Part shown: positions 39,209 through 53,767 of the stretch, piece after piece
Layout: each line of letters opens with the position of its first letter
Numbering within the stretch: position 1 is the stretch's first letter
Assembly: GCA_951406725.2 (NCBI GenBank)
Contig: OX597822.1
Span: forward strand, 45,818,001 to 45,882,000
DNA length: 64,000 nt
Reading direction: 5' to 3'
Origin: Octopus vulgaris
Lineage: Eukaryota
The notes under the pieces: generated by a model
The model's input: the letters and a program-made list of their open reading frames with translations, nothing else
What the model was told of the DNA's origin: nothing
The model's database searches: none
Position numbers and translations under genes: made by a program

Positions 39209-40039
39209 CTGCAACGACAAAGAATGGTTAAGTTGAACAGGTTGTATATGAATGTGTACGTAGGTGGAACGGATGTGTGTATACGGGTGAATGCAGATGT
39301 AGGTGTATAGGCAAGAGTATGTGCGTGAGTGTGTCATCATCATTTAAGCCAGGGATTTTCCACCATGTTTTCCTTATGGACCCCTTTGATTACCATTTTA
39401 TTCTGATAGACCCCCATAGCCATTCGATGTATCTCTTTTACTCTTTTTTCTTTTACTTGTTTCAGTCATTTGACTGTGGTCATGCTGGAGCACCACCTTT
39501 AGTCGAGCAAATTGACCCCAGGACTTATTCTTTGTAAGCCTAGTACTTAATCTATCAGTCACTTTTGCCGAACCACTAAGTTACGGGGACGTAAACACAC
39601 CACCATCGGTTGTTAAGTGATGCTGGGGGAGGGGGGAAACACAGACACACAAACATATACACACACATACATATATATATACATACATATATACGACGGG
39701 CTTCTTTCAGTTTTCGTCTACCAAATCCACTCACAAGGCTTTGGTTGGCCCGAGGCTATAGTAGAAGACACTTGCCCAAGCTGCCACGCAGTGGGACTGA
39801 ACCCGGAACCATGCGGTTCGTAAGCAAACTACTTACCACACAGCCACTCCTATGCCTATATAGTTTTATAGAAACGTTTTTCAGAATTTCCATTTTGTTT
39901 ATCACACATCAATTTTAGTAGGTTGAAGTATAATAATAATACTAATGAAATTATTGTGCATAGTACTCAGGTGCACTACAACTCATCAAAGGTGCATGTA
40001 CAGTACACAGAATTATGTACAAAAGTCAGGAAAGTGAGC

Positions 40040-40315
40040 AGTGTATGAGTCATAATATACATGTGTGCACGCGTATGGAAGGCAGGATATCAGGTGTAGT
40101 GTTGGCAAATTTCAGGAAGCATGGAGGGTTTAAAGGATGCAATGCTTTGGCAGCTAACAACTGATGCAGGTAGTTTGTTCCATGCTTCAGCAACTTTGAG
40201 TGTGAAAAATTGTTTCTGAAAGTCATGGGATCTGTGCTGTTTTCTGACTTTGTAGCCATGCCCACATGTGTTAGACACATGTAGCTCAAAAAGGTGCTCA
40301 AGATAGTTGTAAAAC
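40040..40315 (-). mobile_element. CR1/L2-like LINE 3' fragment
   Basis: TCGHGYKV...FFTLKVAEAWNKLPASVV....IASFK is the conserved ORF2 C-terminus of CR1-group LINEs. Confidence 0.7.
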
Positions 40316-42004
40316 ATTAAAGAAACCTAGCTGTTTCTTGCAACACATACATCTAACGCAAAATTTTTCAAGGGGCCTCAAAAAACTATTTTGGAGCCAC
40401 AATCTACTATTGTATACTACACAATCTACCCACCAAAATATTATATGGACCCCTGTTGAAAACCATGATTTAATCCCATAGCAGTATTATAACACATATT
40501 TATTACCATTGTTTTGAATTAATCAAGCATTATCTCATAGCTTTGATATTTTAATAACGTGATTGTTTATTTTTAGAATGACATAGTAGTAGGTGTGAGA
40601 GGCCAGATCTAGCCAGTGTGAACATAAAACAGGTGAAATATTTTGGCTGGATTTAAATGCTAAAGGGTTAACATCTGTATTATACGCTGAAATCATCAGC
40701 ATTGTTTAACGTCCGTTTTCCATGCTGGCATAGGTTGGACAGTTTGACCGGGGACTGGCAAGCCAGAAGGCCTCACCAGGCTCCAATCTGATCTTGCAAT
40801 GTTTCTATAGCTGGATGTCCTTCTTAATGCCAACCACTCCGAGAGTGTAGTGGGTGCTTTTTACATGCCACCGGCATGGAAGCCAGTCAGGTAGCACTGG
40901 CATCAGCCATATTAGGATGGTGCTTTTTACATGCTACCGGCACGGGGAGCCAGTCAGGTGGCACTGGCATCAGCCATAATTACAATTTCCATTTGATTGA
41001 GTTGATTTATAATTTTACTTGACTCAATAAGTCTCCTGAAGCATAGCATGTTGCCCAACAATTCAAAGGTACTTTTTAAATGGGTTGGTTATGCGACACT
41101 GGTATAGGCTATGGCTGTGATCTCACTTTACTTGCCAGGTATTCTCAATCACAGCATATCTCTAGAGGTCTCGGTCTTTCATCATTGCCTCTGTAATGCC
41201 CAATGTTCAAAGATTGTTGGACAAAAAATATGGAATGCTTCAGAATTTTGCATGTCATCCTTGCACAGAGGCCACATTAATTTTTTCAGTATCTTCCCAA
41301 TTTTTGTATACGTACTGCCATGTAAATGTGTGTGTGTCTCAGTGTTTAGCATATTCGGCTTGTGCTCAGTTGCAGAACTTCCATAAATCTTGAGTGAAAC
41401 TCACATTAGAATACAGTTCCCTTATTTAAGATGATGTTGTTGAGACACCAACAAACATCTTTGATCGCATCTCCAAATTAAGACCATCCAGCTGATTACC
41501 AAGCTCTCACTCACCAACATATAACAACCAATCCTGAAGATGTGCTGACTCCTCACTCAGCCGATTCTACAGTTATTACAACAGCCTCTGATCCTGGAAA
41601 CTAACAAGATGCACACCAACAATTCCCAGACCAAACCCCATCTTTGCACTACTCCTATGGTAAATCCTTCATCACCAAAACATTATCCCTCTGAAACACC
41701 CAACCAGTCCATGTTTTTTCCTGCAGTCATTGACTTATAATGTTCAAGCTAAATACTCATATTTATCTTAAGAGTCTCACATGACAAGTGAAGGTCATTG
41801 ATGGACCGACTCCTTCCTCATGAATAAAATATTAAAAGACAAAAAAAAAACACATTGCAACACCACCATTATCTCCCATGACCTACACCAACACCCATCA
41901 CTTCCACCACCATCATCCTCCACCATTTTCACTATTCCACTAACACCCCCCTCCAACACCATCTACCCAAAAATCACTATTCACCTCTTCCAGCATCACT
42001 ATAC

Positions 42005-42163
42005 CTGATTAGAAATAGGCTGACCACCAGCTTCAAGAATGCTCTTCATGTTTTTCGGTCCAAAGTTGCAGACACCATAGTAATGTATCCTTCCTTTAGC
42101 AACTTGTCTCTTCAATTCTTCAACAGTGGCTGTATAGTCAGCAACCATGTCTGGCCAATGGAT
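42005..42163 (-). CDS. Aldo-keto reductase exon 4
   Basis: TAG|ATC...CAG|GTAT, 159 nt. Encodes IHWPDMVADYTATVEELKRQVAKGRIHYYGVCNFGPKNMKSILEAGGQPISNQ (catalytic His, G.CNF). Not in the ORF track. Confidence 0.93.
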
Positions 42164-42987
42164 CTAAAAAGACAACAGAGCAACAGAATGGAATTAGGGA
42201 GAAGCAATCACAGAGAACAGATATGGGCAAGATTAACAAAGCCATTGATTTGGGGAGATGTCTTTCTTTCTATTTTTTAGTTTAGTTTTAACATTTTCAA
42301 ATAATATTTTCCAGCATACAAGTCAAAGTTTACAGATCAAAATTTAAAGCTCAAAAACATAGGCCTACTTATATACCAAGACTACTTTAGAGGGCCAAAA
42401 GTTACATGCGAAATGCAGCAGTATTTGCAAAGATAATGACAATGTTTGAATATTTACACCATATACTAAGTCAACTCGTATGCCAGAAAATATGGCAGAT
42501 ATATATATACATACATATATAAACATACACAGAGAGACACACACACACAAGTGAGTGACAAATGAAAGAAAAAAGCACTCAAGACATTTAAGTGTTATAT
42601 AAATTATTATTTAAAACTGTTTGATTTGTCTCCATGCAACTAAAAGTTGTACAGGATTTTAATAGAAACTTGGCTTCTCCAGTCTCAGAATCTGAGTCTG
42701 ATCAAGCCAGTGGGGGTACATGTGTGTATGTGTGTGTGCGCGTGTGCTTTTGCACGTGCAATGGAAGTGGGGTGGTTCATCTTTGTTCACTTAGTATTTG
42801 GGTTTATTTTTTGATTTGGTTGAATCTTGGTTAGTTTTATTTTGATGGTCAGTTATTTTTAGCATTTTGAAGGAAAAGAGTAATTCTAAAATTGTTTTTT
42901 AATGTAAGCATGCCCAAACAAGTCGAATGCTTACACAGAGCAGGTTTTACAGCCACATAATCCAAACCAACTGGGTGAAACTAGGCT

Positions 42988-43060
42988 TGGCTGATGAAGA
43001 TAGATCAAGTTTATGGGTGGCAGACATATCTTGAAAAATCTGAAACCTGCGCAGGTCCCA
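42988..43060 (+). ncRNA. Hammerhead ribozyme motif with a long loop II
   Basis: TGG CTGATGA AGAT-[36 nt]-ATCT GAAA CCTGCGCAGG TC CCA. Perfect palindromic stem III ACCTGCGCAGGT and GUC triplet, but only a 3-bp stem I. Confidence 0.65.
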
Positions 43061-43749
43061 CATTATCCTTTTCCAGGTATTTCATCTTTCAGATGTTCTC
43101 CCTGGAGGTAAGACAATTTTTTCTAGTTTGTTGCACACACACATTTTTGCTAGTACATACGCGGTGAAGCTATACATTAGCGTCGTATTATTACATTCGC
43201 TATTTCCAGTAAATATCGGTACTTCGTTGTGCCATATATTTACTTCTTTGTATATTTTCCCTCACGGACTATTCTTTACTGGAAAGCAATACTCTAGTAT
43301 TGCATTACTATATATATATATATATATATAATGTGAATTTATATATTATATAATGATCTCCACACTAGCAAAAAATAATCAAACAAATGAATACAGAACT
43401 GATAAACTTACAGGTTTGTACCACAAATTTTGAAATCAATACTTAAAACAACCATATTTGCTAATGTATAACGCACACACTCACATAACACAAACACCTT
43501 GCTTTTTAGTGGAAAAAAGCAATATTTCATCATATACTTAGTATCTCAACTATAATAGTCTCATTAGACACATAGCAATTCTTTTGTTACATTTAAGAAT
43601 AAAAAAAGCACATCTTATACACAGGTATATATGGCAAATTTTCAAGAAAGTGGATCAATGAAGGTTTTATTTTAAAGAACATACATTTGGAGATAGGTCC
43701 TTGGCCTGACTCTTCATTAACACTACCAATGCTTAATGTTATATCTTAC

Positions 43750-43935
43750 CTGATAGATATCGATGTAGTTGGTTTTTAAGCTCTGTAGGGAGGTAGTGAT
43801 AGCAGCATCAATAGCTTCAGCTGTGTAGCTCTCACTGGGACCAGTGGAACGGAAACCATACTTGGTTGCAATCACAGCATTGTGGCGTCTTCCTTCTAGA
43901 CATTTTCCAAGGACACCTTCAGAGCGGGGATATGC
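43750..43935 (-). CDS. Aldo-keto reductase exon 3
   Basis: CAG|GCA...CAG|GTAAG, 186 nt. Encodes AYPRSE...VIATKYG...SLQSLKTNYIDIYQ, containing the catalytic Tyr and Lys. Confidence 0.93.
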
Positions 43936-44874
43936 CTGGTTCAGAATAGAAAGATTCATAAGACTTACAAATGATGGAAAAAAATAAATACATTATGTCA
44001 TGCAAGTGGCACCTGTGCCGGTGGCACGTAAAAGCACCCATTACACTCTTGGAGTGGTTGGTGTTAGGAAGAGCATCCAGCTGTAGAAACCATGCCAAAT
44101 CAGACTGGAGTCTGATGTAGCCCCTCGGATTACCAGCTCTAGTCAAACCATCCAACCCATGCCAGCATGGACAGCAGACGTTAAATGATGATGATGGTGA
44201 TTCCAGCACAAATATACACACTAGAGAAAGACATGCATTGGGATGTCAGATCAAAATTTTTCTGTACTTGGCATTCCATTTTCCTATGTCTGAGGTAAAC
44301 TTTATTTGAATTCCAAAAACAATAAGCACAAGTTGTAGAAGAATAGAGCTACAAAAACCCCATAAAACACTGCAATAAAAATATTTCTGTCTTTATTCAG
44401 ATGACATTGGAAAGATTAACCTTTCAGCATTCAGATTACTGTCAAACCTAAGGTTTATTTATTCACAAAGGTTTGTATTAATCCTGCATTATCTTGTTTA
44501 AGGCGGGTTTGAATGTTAAAGGGTTAAAATAAATGGAAAAAAACAAATTTATCTGACAATATTACAAGTACACACACACACACACCTGCTCATATATTCA
44601 CACATGCACTTACATATATGTACACAAGCATATATAGAAGCATACACATATTTACACATATTATGCAGAACATGCAAAAACTAAAATATATATTCACATA
44701 TTAATTACAATTAGTAATTATCCAAAGTATTTATTGTACAATGAACAATAAATTTAGTTACGTCAGCAACACACACATTCCTTTACTGATTTGTCCACAC
44801 ACACGTAGACATTTTCACACATACATCCACAGAGATGCATCAACACATGCTTTAACACATTTGTGCAAATGTGT

Positions 44875-44995
44875 GTAAACACACACACACACACAGCCTC
44901 AAGCATCCTCTCACACACATACCCACAGGGATCTACAGGTATACCTGCACACACACACACAAGTCTACACCACACATATCCACACACAGATATAC

Positions 44996-45036
<41 letters not shown>

Positions 45037-45265
45037 AGTCTACATCACACATATCCACACACACACAGAGATCCAGATATACCTACACACACACACAAAC
45101 AAGTCTACCCCACACATATCCACACACACACACACACACACAGATATACCTGCACATGCGCACACACACAGATATACCTGCACACGTGCACACACACACA
45201 AACAAGTCTACACCACACATATCCACACACACACATAAGTCTACACCACATGTCCACGCACACCT
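44875..45265. repeat. CA-rich minisatellite
   Basis: Repeated modules acaagtctacaccacacatatccacacac and cagatatacctgcacac next to AKR exon 2. Confidence 0.85.
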
Positions 45266-45305
45266 CTAAATACAAACATAATAAACAAACAAAACGTCTG
45301 CTTAC

Positions 45306-45368
45306 CTCAGCTGTGTCAAAGAAATTGATGCCAACTTGGAAAGCTTTGTCTACAATTGTCTTTGACAA
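45306..45368 (-). CDS. Aldo-keto reductase exon 2
   Basis: CAG|TTG...GAG|GTAAG, 63 nt. Encodes LSKTIVDKAFQVGINFFDTAE with the catalytic Asp motif GINFFDTA. Confidence 0.93.
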
Positions 45369-47385
45369 CTGAAAAGAAAGAGAAAGAAAGAGATAAACCA
45401 TTATCATTTTTATGTCTGTTTTTCTATTCTTGGTGAATTGAACAAATCCTCTTCAACACAGCATCCCATCACTTGTTGCGTTCCTTTGTCCAGCTTTCTG
45501 AGACAGCCTTCACTATTTCTGCCCATGTCTTCTTTGGTTTTCCTCCTCTATTAAACCCTTCCAAATAAAATCTCCTGGCACTGCACCACTTGTATTTACC
45601 TGTTGTCCTCCTTACACATCACATGTCCAGACCAGTATAGTCATCACTCTTGTACACTACAATTGACACCTCTTTTTGATGCCAATTTTTCTGTATCTCA
45701 TCATTCTAGCACAATAACACTACACCCCAGTGAGTCATGCTTCCTTCATTTCCTTCCAACCCTTACACAGCCCCTACATTCAGTACCCATGTCTCACTAT
45801 CATGCAGCACCACAGTTCATACACATCCCTTGTTGTCAAAAAGATAATAGCACCCTAAACTTTCCCATTCAATTCTAATTCATCAGCATCTTTTAACATC
45901 CGCTTTCCATGCTAGCATGGGTTGGTTTGGTTTCTACAGCTGGATGCCCTTCCTAATGCCAACCACTTCACAAAATGTGCTTTTAATGTGACATTGGCAC
46001 AAGTGCTTTTTATGTGGCACTGACAAGACTCTTGCATGCTGATCCTCTTCACCAAGGCCAAATGTAATATATGTAAATGCATATGTGTGTATGTGTGTGT
46101 GTGTACATAGTCACCACCATTTAATGTCATTTTCAGATGGAATTTTGTTAAGTCAGATTTTCTACAGCTGGATGCTCTTCCTGTTACCAACTCTCACTTG
46201 TTTCCAAGTAAGGAAATGGCCATGCTCCATATACAGAAGAGGGGTATATAAAGATTCCATTCAGTGAACCCTATGTAATCTATAGTTCCATAAGAGGTAT
46301 AGCGGAATCAAAAGCAAATGATAGACAAGAGCCTTGCTTGTTGTAGATATACAGAAGTAGTGAGCCCCCCCCCCCCTCCTGGAACACAAGTATAATAAGT
46401 TCTTTGTAATGCTCAGAAGGTTGATAGCTTCTCTTATCTAAGTGACCTAATCTAGCAAGACAACTAAGGATATAGTAGCCGATGCCAGTGCCACCTGACT
46501 GGCTCCCATGCCGGTGGCATGTAAAAAACACCATCTGAAAGTGGTTGATGCCAGTGCTGCCTGACTGGTTCTTGTGCTGGTGGCATGTAAAAAGCACCAT
46601 TTGATCATGGTCATTGTCAGTGCTGCCTGACTGGCTCCATGCCGGTGGCATGTAAAAAGCACCCACTACACTCTTGGAGTGGTTGGCATTAGGAAGGGCA
46701 TCCAGCTGTAGAAACCTTGCCAGAACAGATTGGAGCCTGGTGCAGCCTCCCGGCTTACCAGTCCCCAATCAAACCGTCCAACCCATGCCAGCATGGAAAA
46801 CAGACGTTAAACGATGATGATGATACATACATATATATAATTGAAACCCAAGAGGAGAATGGAGATTTATTCACATTCAAAACTTTATTAAAAAGTTTCT
46901 GACAGCATATATAACAATGACCAACATATGTTCCTACTGCAGCAACTGCACATTGCTCTGTATGCAATTATGCATCCTAGTCACTGCAATTTCATCAAGA
47001 CCCATCACATACGATGTTTTCAAAGTGAACTAATTCAAACAAACTTCCTTCATTGGTATTCAGTTGAAGATGATAGCATTATTTTTAAAAATCAAATTGA
47101 ATTCTGGTCTTATAATCACCTCTATTGGTATTACAGTTGAATTGTGGTTCTAAAATGTTCATTTATATCATAGTTAATTGTAGCAGTTTTGTTTACATTT
47201 TACTGTATGGAGTACATTATTTATTCAGAGGTACTTCACTTATTTTGGGTTTATACCCTCAATTATTATTATTGTCATTATTATTATTATATCTACTAGT
47301 ATTATTTACATAAATATCATTAATTATCACAATCATTATTTTAACTCGTATAATTACTATAAATGGTATATTATGTTTATTCAAA

Positions 47386-47830
47386 TCATTTAAACGTATA
47401 TTTTGTCCAGTGTGGACATCCTATAGCCTGTTCCTGCCTGGTATTTATAAGAGTAAATTTAGAAGTGAAAATTTGGTACATTTCTTCCACATAAAAGTCA
47501 CATCTATTATCACCACTTCTATAAGGTTTTGCCTTACTAATTATTTTCCAAGCAATAGAAAATACTTTGTTACTATCTTTTAGTGCCCAAATTAGCTTAC
47601 TAAGGCTGGTAGTATTAATTTTGTTCCTATTTCTAAATGAGCTTAAATGATTGGTAATTCTCTGCATAATATAACATGAGCTAGCTCCTATATAGAAATA
47701 CTCTCCATTCTCTGAAGTAGTCTTACATCTGTATATGATATTTTTATACCTACAATTAGAGTTAAGCGGACAGATCTATTCCTTGCACAATTGCATTTAA
47801 AAGTTCTACTATTAATAGTATCCACTTCAC
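47386..47830 (-). mobile_element. Penelope-like element 3' remnant (GIY-YIG C-terminus)
   Basis: CNC..., RITNHLSSFR....NTTSLSKLIWALK....I.WKII.KAKPY....RCD....E...I.......IN.R.E....CPH. Confidence 0.8.
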
Positions 47831-50800
47831 ATTCTCTAGATGTGATTTCTATATTTTCCTGCCTGTTTTCCAAGCTATAAGCCTTATGCACATATGCAAC
47901 ATTCTGAGTACTGTACTTTTCAGGATTCACATCTTCTACTTCCAGGATAATGGAAGAGTTCACTCAGGTCTCTTCTATTTTATTGGTTGTCAAACCATAG
48001 TTCCTAGTATATACAGAGAGAGAGAGAGAGAAATGGTGCACAGTTCCATTTTAATAAGGATTGTAATATTTTTGGTTGACTAATCTTACTTCAAAAATAT
48101 TATCTCAGATCTTTGTCTGTCTAGAACAACTGAGTGCAAAATAATTAACACAAGATAACTAAATATTTGTGATTGATTGATTGATTGAGATAGACAGACA
48201 GATAAATAAACAGATAGATAAATAAATAAATATAGACAGATAGTGATACATAGAACTAGTGGATCTGGGTCTTGGGCCAAGTTTATTTAGCAAGGCTTAG
48301 GACTCCTTCAATTCACTACTATGGGATCAGAAATGAGTGAGTTGGCTCAAATTTTTTTTTTAAAGCATATGCATGGCTATATGGTAAGAAGCTCACTTTG
48401 CAGTCACATGGTTTTGGGCTCACATTCATTGCTTGGCACCTCAGGCAAGTGTCTTCTATTATGTTTCTAAGCTGACCAATGCCTTGTGAGTGGCAGAAAC
48501 TGAGTGGAAGCGAGCTGGCAGAAACATTAGCACGCTGGGCGAAATGCTTAGCGGTATTTCGTCTGCCGCAACGTTCTGAGTTCAAATTCCGCTGAGGTCA
48601 ACTTTGCCTTTCATCCTTTTAGGGTCAATTAAATAAGTACCAGTTCCGCACTGGGGTCGATATAATCGACTTAATCCGTTTGTCTGTCCTTGTTTGTTCC
48701 CTCTGTGTGTAGCCCCTTGTGGGCAGTAAAGAAATAAGAAACTGAGTGGAAGCTCCATGTAAGCATGGAAAAGTCGAAGTTGAAACGAGGATGATGAATA
48801 CATATGTGTGTGTGTGTGTGTGTGCATTTTTACCCCACTACTACCACCATCACCACTAGACAACCGATGTTGGTTTGTTAATGATCCCATTACTTAGTGG
48901 TTCAGCAAAAGTAAATGATAGAATGAGCACCACACATAAAAATAAGTTCTGGGGTCGATTTGTACAATGGAACCTTTCAGGGTGGTGCCCCAGAATGGCA
49001 GCAATCCAATGACTGAAACAAATGATGAATGATTAAGAGAGTATTGCCATGGATGAAAAGCCTTTCATTGAACATAAGTATGCTGGATCAGGGCTGATCT
49101 GAGCATGAATAAACAGTAGACATGAAGGGAAATAACTGACATTGGGAATTTTAAATTGTGTCAAAATAACTATTTTGGAGTATACATAAAGTTAGTGGTA
49201 AGAAGCTTACTTTCTACCCACATGGTTTCAGGTTCAGTCCCACTGCGTAGCACCTTGGGCAAGTGTCTTCTACTATAGTCTTGGGCTGACCAAGCTTGTG
49301 AATGGATTTGGTAGATGGAAACTGAAAGAAACTCGTGTGTATGTCTGTCTGTCTGTCCCCCCACCATTGCTTGACAATTGATATTGGTGTGTTTACATCC
49401 CTGTAAACTAGTAGTTCAGCAAAAGGAACCGATAGAATAAGTACTAGGCTTACAAAGAATAAATCCTGGGGTCAATTTGTTCAACTACAGTCAGTGCTAC
49501 AGCATGGCCACAGTCAAATGACTGAAACAAGTAAAAGAAATAAGAGATCAACTTTGCCTTTCATTCTTTTAAGGGTGGATGAAATAAGTACCAGTCATCT
49601 ACTAGGGAAGATGTGATTGACTTATCATTCCCCTAAACTTGTTGGCCTTGTGCCAAAATTAAAACGAATTATCTTAAAGGGGTCTTTTACCCAGTACTAT
49701 GTCCTTCATTCACAAACCAGTGAGGCAGCCTATACAATCACTCAGCCTGATAGAAATAAAAACTAAATCTCCCTTAAATTACTTATCTAAAAAGAATAAA
49801 AAACACCTTGGATAATAATAATCTTTTCTACTCTAGGCACAAGGCCTGAAATTTTGGAGGAGGGGGCCAGTCAAATAGATCGACCTCAGTACACAACTGG
49901 TATTTAATTTATCAACCCTGAAAGGATGAAAGGCAAAGTTGACCTCAGTGGAATTTGAAGGACAGACAAAATACCTATTTCTTTATTACCCACAAGGGGC
50001 TAAACACAGAGGGGACAAACAAGGACAGACATAGGTATTAAGTCGATTACATCGACCCCAGTGCGTAACTGGTACTTAATTTATCGACCCCGAAAGGATG
50101 AAAGGCAAAGTGAACCTCGGCAGAATTTGAACTTACAACGTAACGCAGACAAAATACCGTTAAGCATTTTGCCCAGTGTGCTAACATTTCTGCCAGCTCG
50201 CCGCCTTAACCTTGGATACTGTCTGAATAAAATATGGACGGGTCATGTCTAGAATACTTTTTGATTACCAGTCTGCTGGATTGGAGCTGACCTACAGCTA
50301 TATTCATTTGTTGGCCCTCGTTTTAATTTCTGCCGCTAAAATATAAAATATTCTACACTCTCTTTCTGTATGGAAGTTGTCAAGTTTTCTACAGCAGTGG
50401 CTCTCAAACGGTGTACTTCAAGTGATGTATCTAGGTGCACCGAGGAGTTTTCAAAAATATAATTGAAGGTTATATTTAGAAAATCAATACTAATTATCGA
50501 CTGGGTGTCTTGAAAAACAAGTTAAACAAAATTTTGATATACACGAGTGGTAGAGGTTTGCAGTTAAGAAACTGGCTTTGCCACCACACAGTTTCAGGCT
50601 CAGCCTCACTGCGCAGAATCTTGGGCAAGTGTCTTCTACTATAGCCCTGGGCCTTGTGAAGGGATTTGATAGACTGAAACTGTGTGGAAGCCTATTATGT
50701 ATGTGTGTCTATGTATTCGCTCCCACACACACACCGCTTCACAATAGGTGCTGCTTTGATTACATCCCCGTAACTTGACAGTTTGGCAAAAGAGAACAAT

Positions 50801-51424
50801 AAGAACCAGGCATTAAAAATTGACTAAACTCTTGGAAGTGATGCCCCAGCATGGCCACGGTCCAATGACTGGAACAAGTAAGAGAAAGAGAAAAGGAGGT
50901 TTTTTTTAATTCTATTTTTCCACATTTACAACTTTAAAACACAAGAAGTGTGCTGTGAAGTCCAATTGAGAACCACTTTTAACCCCATGGCTGTGGAGTC
51001 GAAGTCGGAAACAATTAATTACATAGAGGAGTCAAAGGTGCCAATAGTAGAGAAGTCGGAGTCAAAGTTTTTTGTTTCAACTCCACAGCCCTGGTTAAAC
51101 TGATGTCAACCCTAGAGTGTTTGAAGAATAATCTAAAAATTAAGAAGAAACCTGTGTACACAAAAATATTGGTATTCTTTCAAACCAACAAAACATAGCT
51201 AAGAGGGTGATCCCCCAAAATATATGAAGTACCAGTAATTCTCAAATTTTGCAGTGAATGTTCAATGTTTCCCTGAGGTTTGGCCTCCAAATCTGTGATC
51301 CTCACAAATGCTGTTGCAGATCCACTGTGGATTGTTTCGGCCTCAGCCCATTGTCATGCCATTATAGTGCCGGCTGCTTCCATGCCAAGCTGCTCTCAAT
51401 GAGATCATAAAGCATGGTCTAGAC

Positions 51425-51730
51425 CAAGCCTGGCCAACATAAATTACATTGCAGGCCACTTTAATCAAAGAACGTTTTTTGAGGGCCACTTGTATAGTTC
51501 ATGCACTAAGAGTCAAATAATCAAATTACAGAATCAAGAATTTTTCATACTTTTCATTTATTTAAAATGATAAAATAATATTGCTTTATTGCCACTTATA
51601 AATTTAAAATTTATTTTGAAACAAATGTTTTACACAAACAATTTTATTTTGAAATTAAACACAATACTTCAAGAAAGCATCAAGCGGGCCGCAAGATAAA
51701 AGTCTGCAGACCTCAGGTTGGCCAGCCCTG
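51425..51730. mobile_element. hAT/Charlie-type MITE; a one-ended copy lies at about 8105-8260
   Basis: TIR caagcctggccaac / gttggccagccctg, with 8-bp TSD gtctagac / gtctagat (NTCTAGAN target). Confidence 0.8.
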
Positions 51731-52315
51731 GTCTAGATACTGCAGGCTTCCCTTCCCAGCTCTGTCTAGCAGGGCTGGATAGAGGGGACGGTAAAAAACC
51801 AAATACCATGACAATTTTTGGGTCCTGTGGTGGTAAACCCCACACGTTCTCCAGCAGCCCTGACTTCTCTCCTTGTCAAACAAAGAAAGACAAAATTTCA
51901 AAATATTAGCTGCAGATTTGTGTTTGAGCCTATGGCAGTGGAGAACTCCAGCGTTCTTGGCCCACCTGACTTGCTCACTTCTATCGGGCCAGAGATAGCT
52001 ATCCGTAAGTGCAATCCCCAGAGTGGCTGTTCCAGCATGTCTCCCTCGCCAACTTTCAGGGCAACGCCTTTTCCATTTTGTCCGTCGGTACAATGAGGCT
52101 TAGTTATAGCTGTTGTATCTCTTAAAACTACACATATCCTTTTAAATGTTCACACAAAAATATGTAGCTGTTATTTTCCAACGCTCAAAACCTGCAAGCT
52201 CACCTATAGCATAAGATTAAAGAAAGCGCATCATAAAGTTATAGACACGGTGGCACCTGACAGTCACTTCGTATACTTGAAACAACAGGTAGATCTTTTC
52301 AAATGCCATCCACTC

Positions 52316-52452
52316 CAGAGTCGTCTTAGAGGCATGGGCAGAATGGGCAATTGCCTAGGGGCTCATGAGTCTAGGGGCCAATTCTAATCTATGTATGTTG
52401 TGGCTACTATCAATAAATACTAGTCTGATTCATTGACTGCAAAGACGGCTCT
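52316..52452. mobile_element. Short hAT-like MITE
   Basis: TIR cagagtcgtctt / aagacggctctg. Confidence 0.55.
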
Positions 52453-53232
52453 GACCTAAACATACTAATTAAGAACACATTTGATAATGTAGCCCTAGGT
52501 ATACACTTTTCTTTTTAGTGCTTACTCAAAGCGAGAAAGGCAACACCCAAGTCCTTTCGTGAGTGGGGACTCTGAGACTGAATGGAAGGGAGGATGTTAT
52601 CATCAAACCATAAATATAGCACAAATTCTGTAAAAGGACCAAATGGTGACATAAAACTGAGCGATGGATTAAGTCCATTACACAAGAATACAGAATAAAT
52701 TACCACAAGGTATCTTTATCCTACGTTCTAACAATTCCATCCTTGGTCTGACACGGTTCGAACGCATTTTATCATAGATCCGTTGCATTACAGTAAGCCT
52801 GTGGTTAAACAGTAGCAGTTAACGTAGTGGCGCAAACAAAACAAAATAAGACTTGGAGACGAGTGAAGCCTTTACGTGGTCACTTGATCTGTTAGAAATA
52901 GCAGCCAAATCTCCTTGCCATCACTAAAATAGGACATGTACCGAAATGTGATGTTCATGGATCAATGTAAGTTGTCGGGTGTAGAAGATAATGCATCCGG
53001 TATCGATGGAAAAGAAAGAATAGGAATGAAGTTTAAATAATTTTGATTTCAAATCTCAGACAGGGCCAAGCGAGGTCCCTACAGACACATTGGATAGCGT
53101 AGTCCGGCGGAAGTAAAAAACACGCACACTCGGTGTTCAGGGTTAGAGTTAGGATCAGGGTTTTTGTTACGCTGAAAACGGGTGGTGTACCACCGTGTAG
53201 TTTTATATGTAAAATTCCCCTCAATAATACGA

Positions 53233-53267
<35 letters not shown>

Positions 53268-53767
53268 TGACGGTACTGCCACGGCTGGAATGCCATTTAT
53301 CATAGACAGCTTTGATGAGACTGAAGGCCAAATAATGGAACCTCTATAACAGGCATGGGCAACCTTTTCCAAAAAGCTAGCAGTACGGGACAAGGCTCGT
53401 CGTCAGGCAGACAATACTAAAAACATGTAATTTTTTCGTAGGCGTGTCATTCAGGATGTCTCGCGGGCCACAGTTTGCCCACGGTGCTACGTACTTGCTC
53501 GAGTAGCCAGAAACAGCAACGAAATTCCTTTCACTCTACTGTTTTATATTTAAAACAGACATCAATTATTGCAAACTGATATGAACTACGCCTAAGAAGG
53601 TGGATGGTCTTGACTTGAATATCTTTCGATAATAGCCGGCCTGGTGCTAAAACAACAACAACATGGGACAAAGAGGAGGAGAACTGAAACAGCAGCAACA
53701 TGGCACGAGGTGGTGCTGTAATGATATTAAATAATAACGAACGACGACTGACAAAAACATCGCTCAC

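Noticed and set aside
46995-47070. Possible decayed HHR (CCAATGA...GAAA on -) downstream of the Penelope remnant
   Set aside because: Two core mismatches and unconvincing stems I and III, although the position is suggestive.
51713-52096. Overlapping GC-richer ORFs in AKR intron 1
   Set aside because: No recognisable protein motif or consistent splice signals, and they partly overlap a MITE end.
53139-53163. Degenerate TTAGGG-like repeats (gggttagagttaggatcagggtt)
   Set aside because: Only 3-4 imperfect units, too short to call an interstitial telomere.
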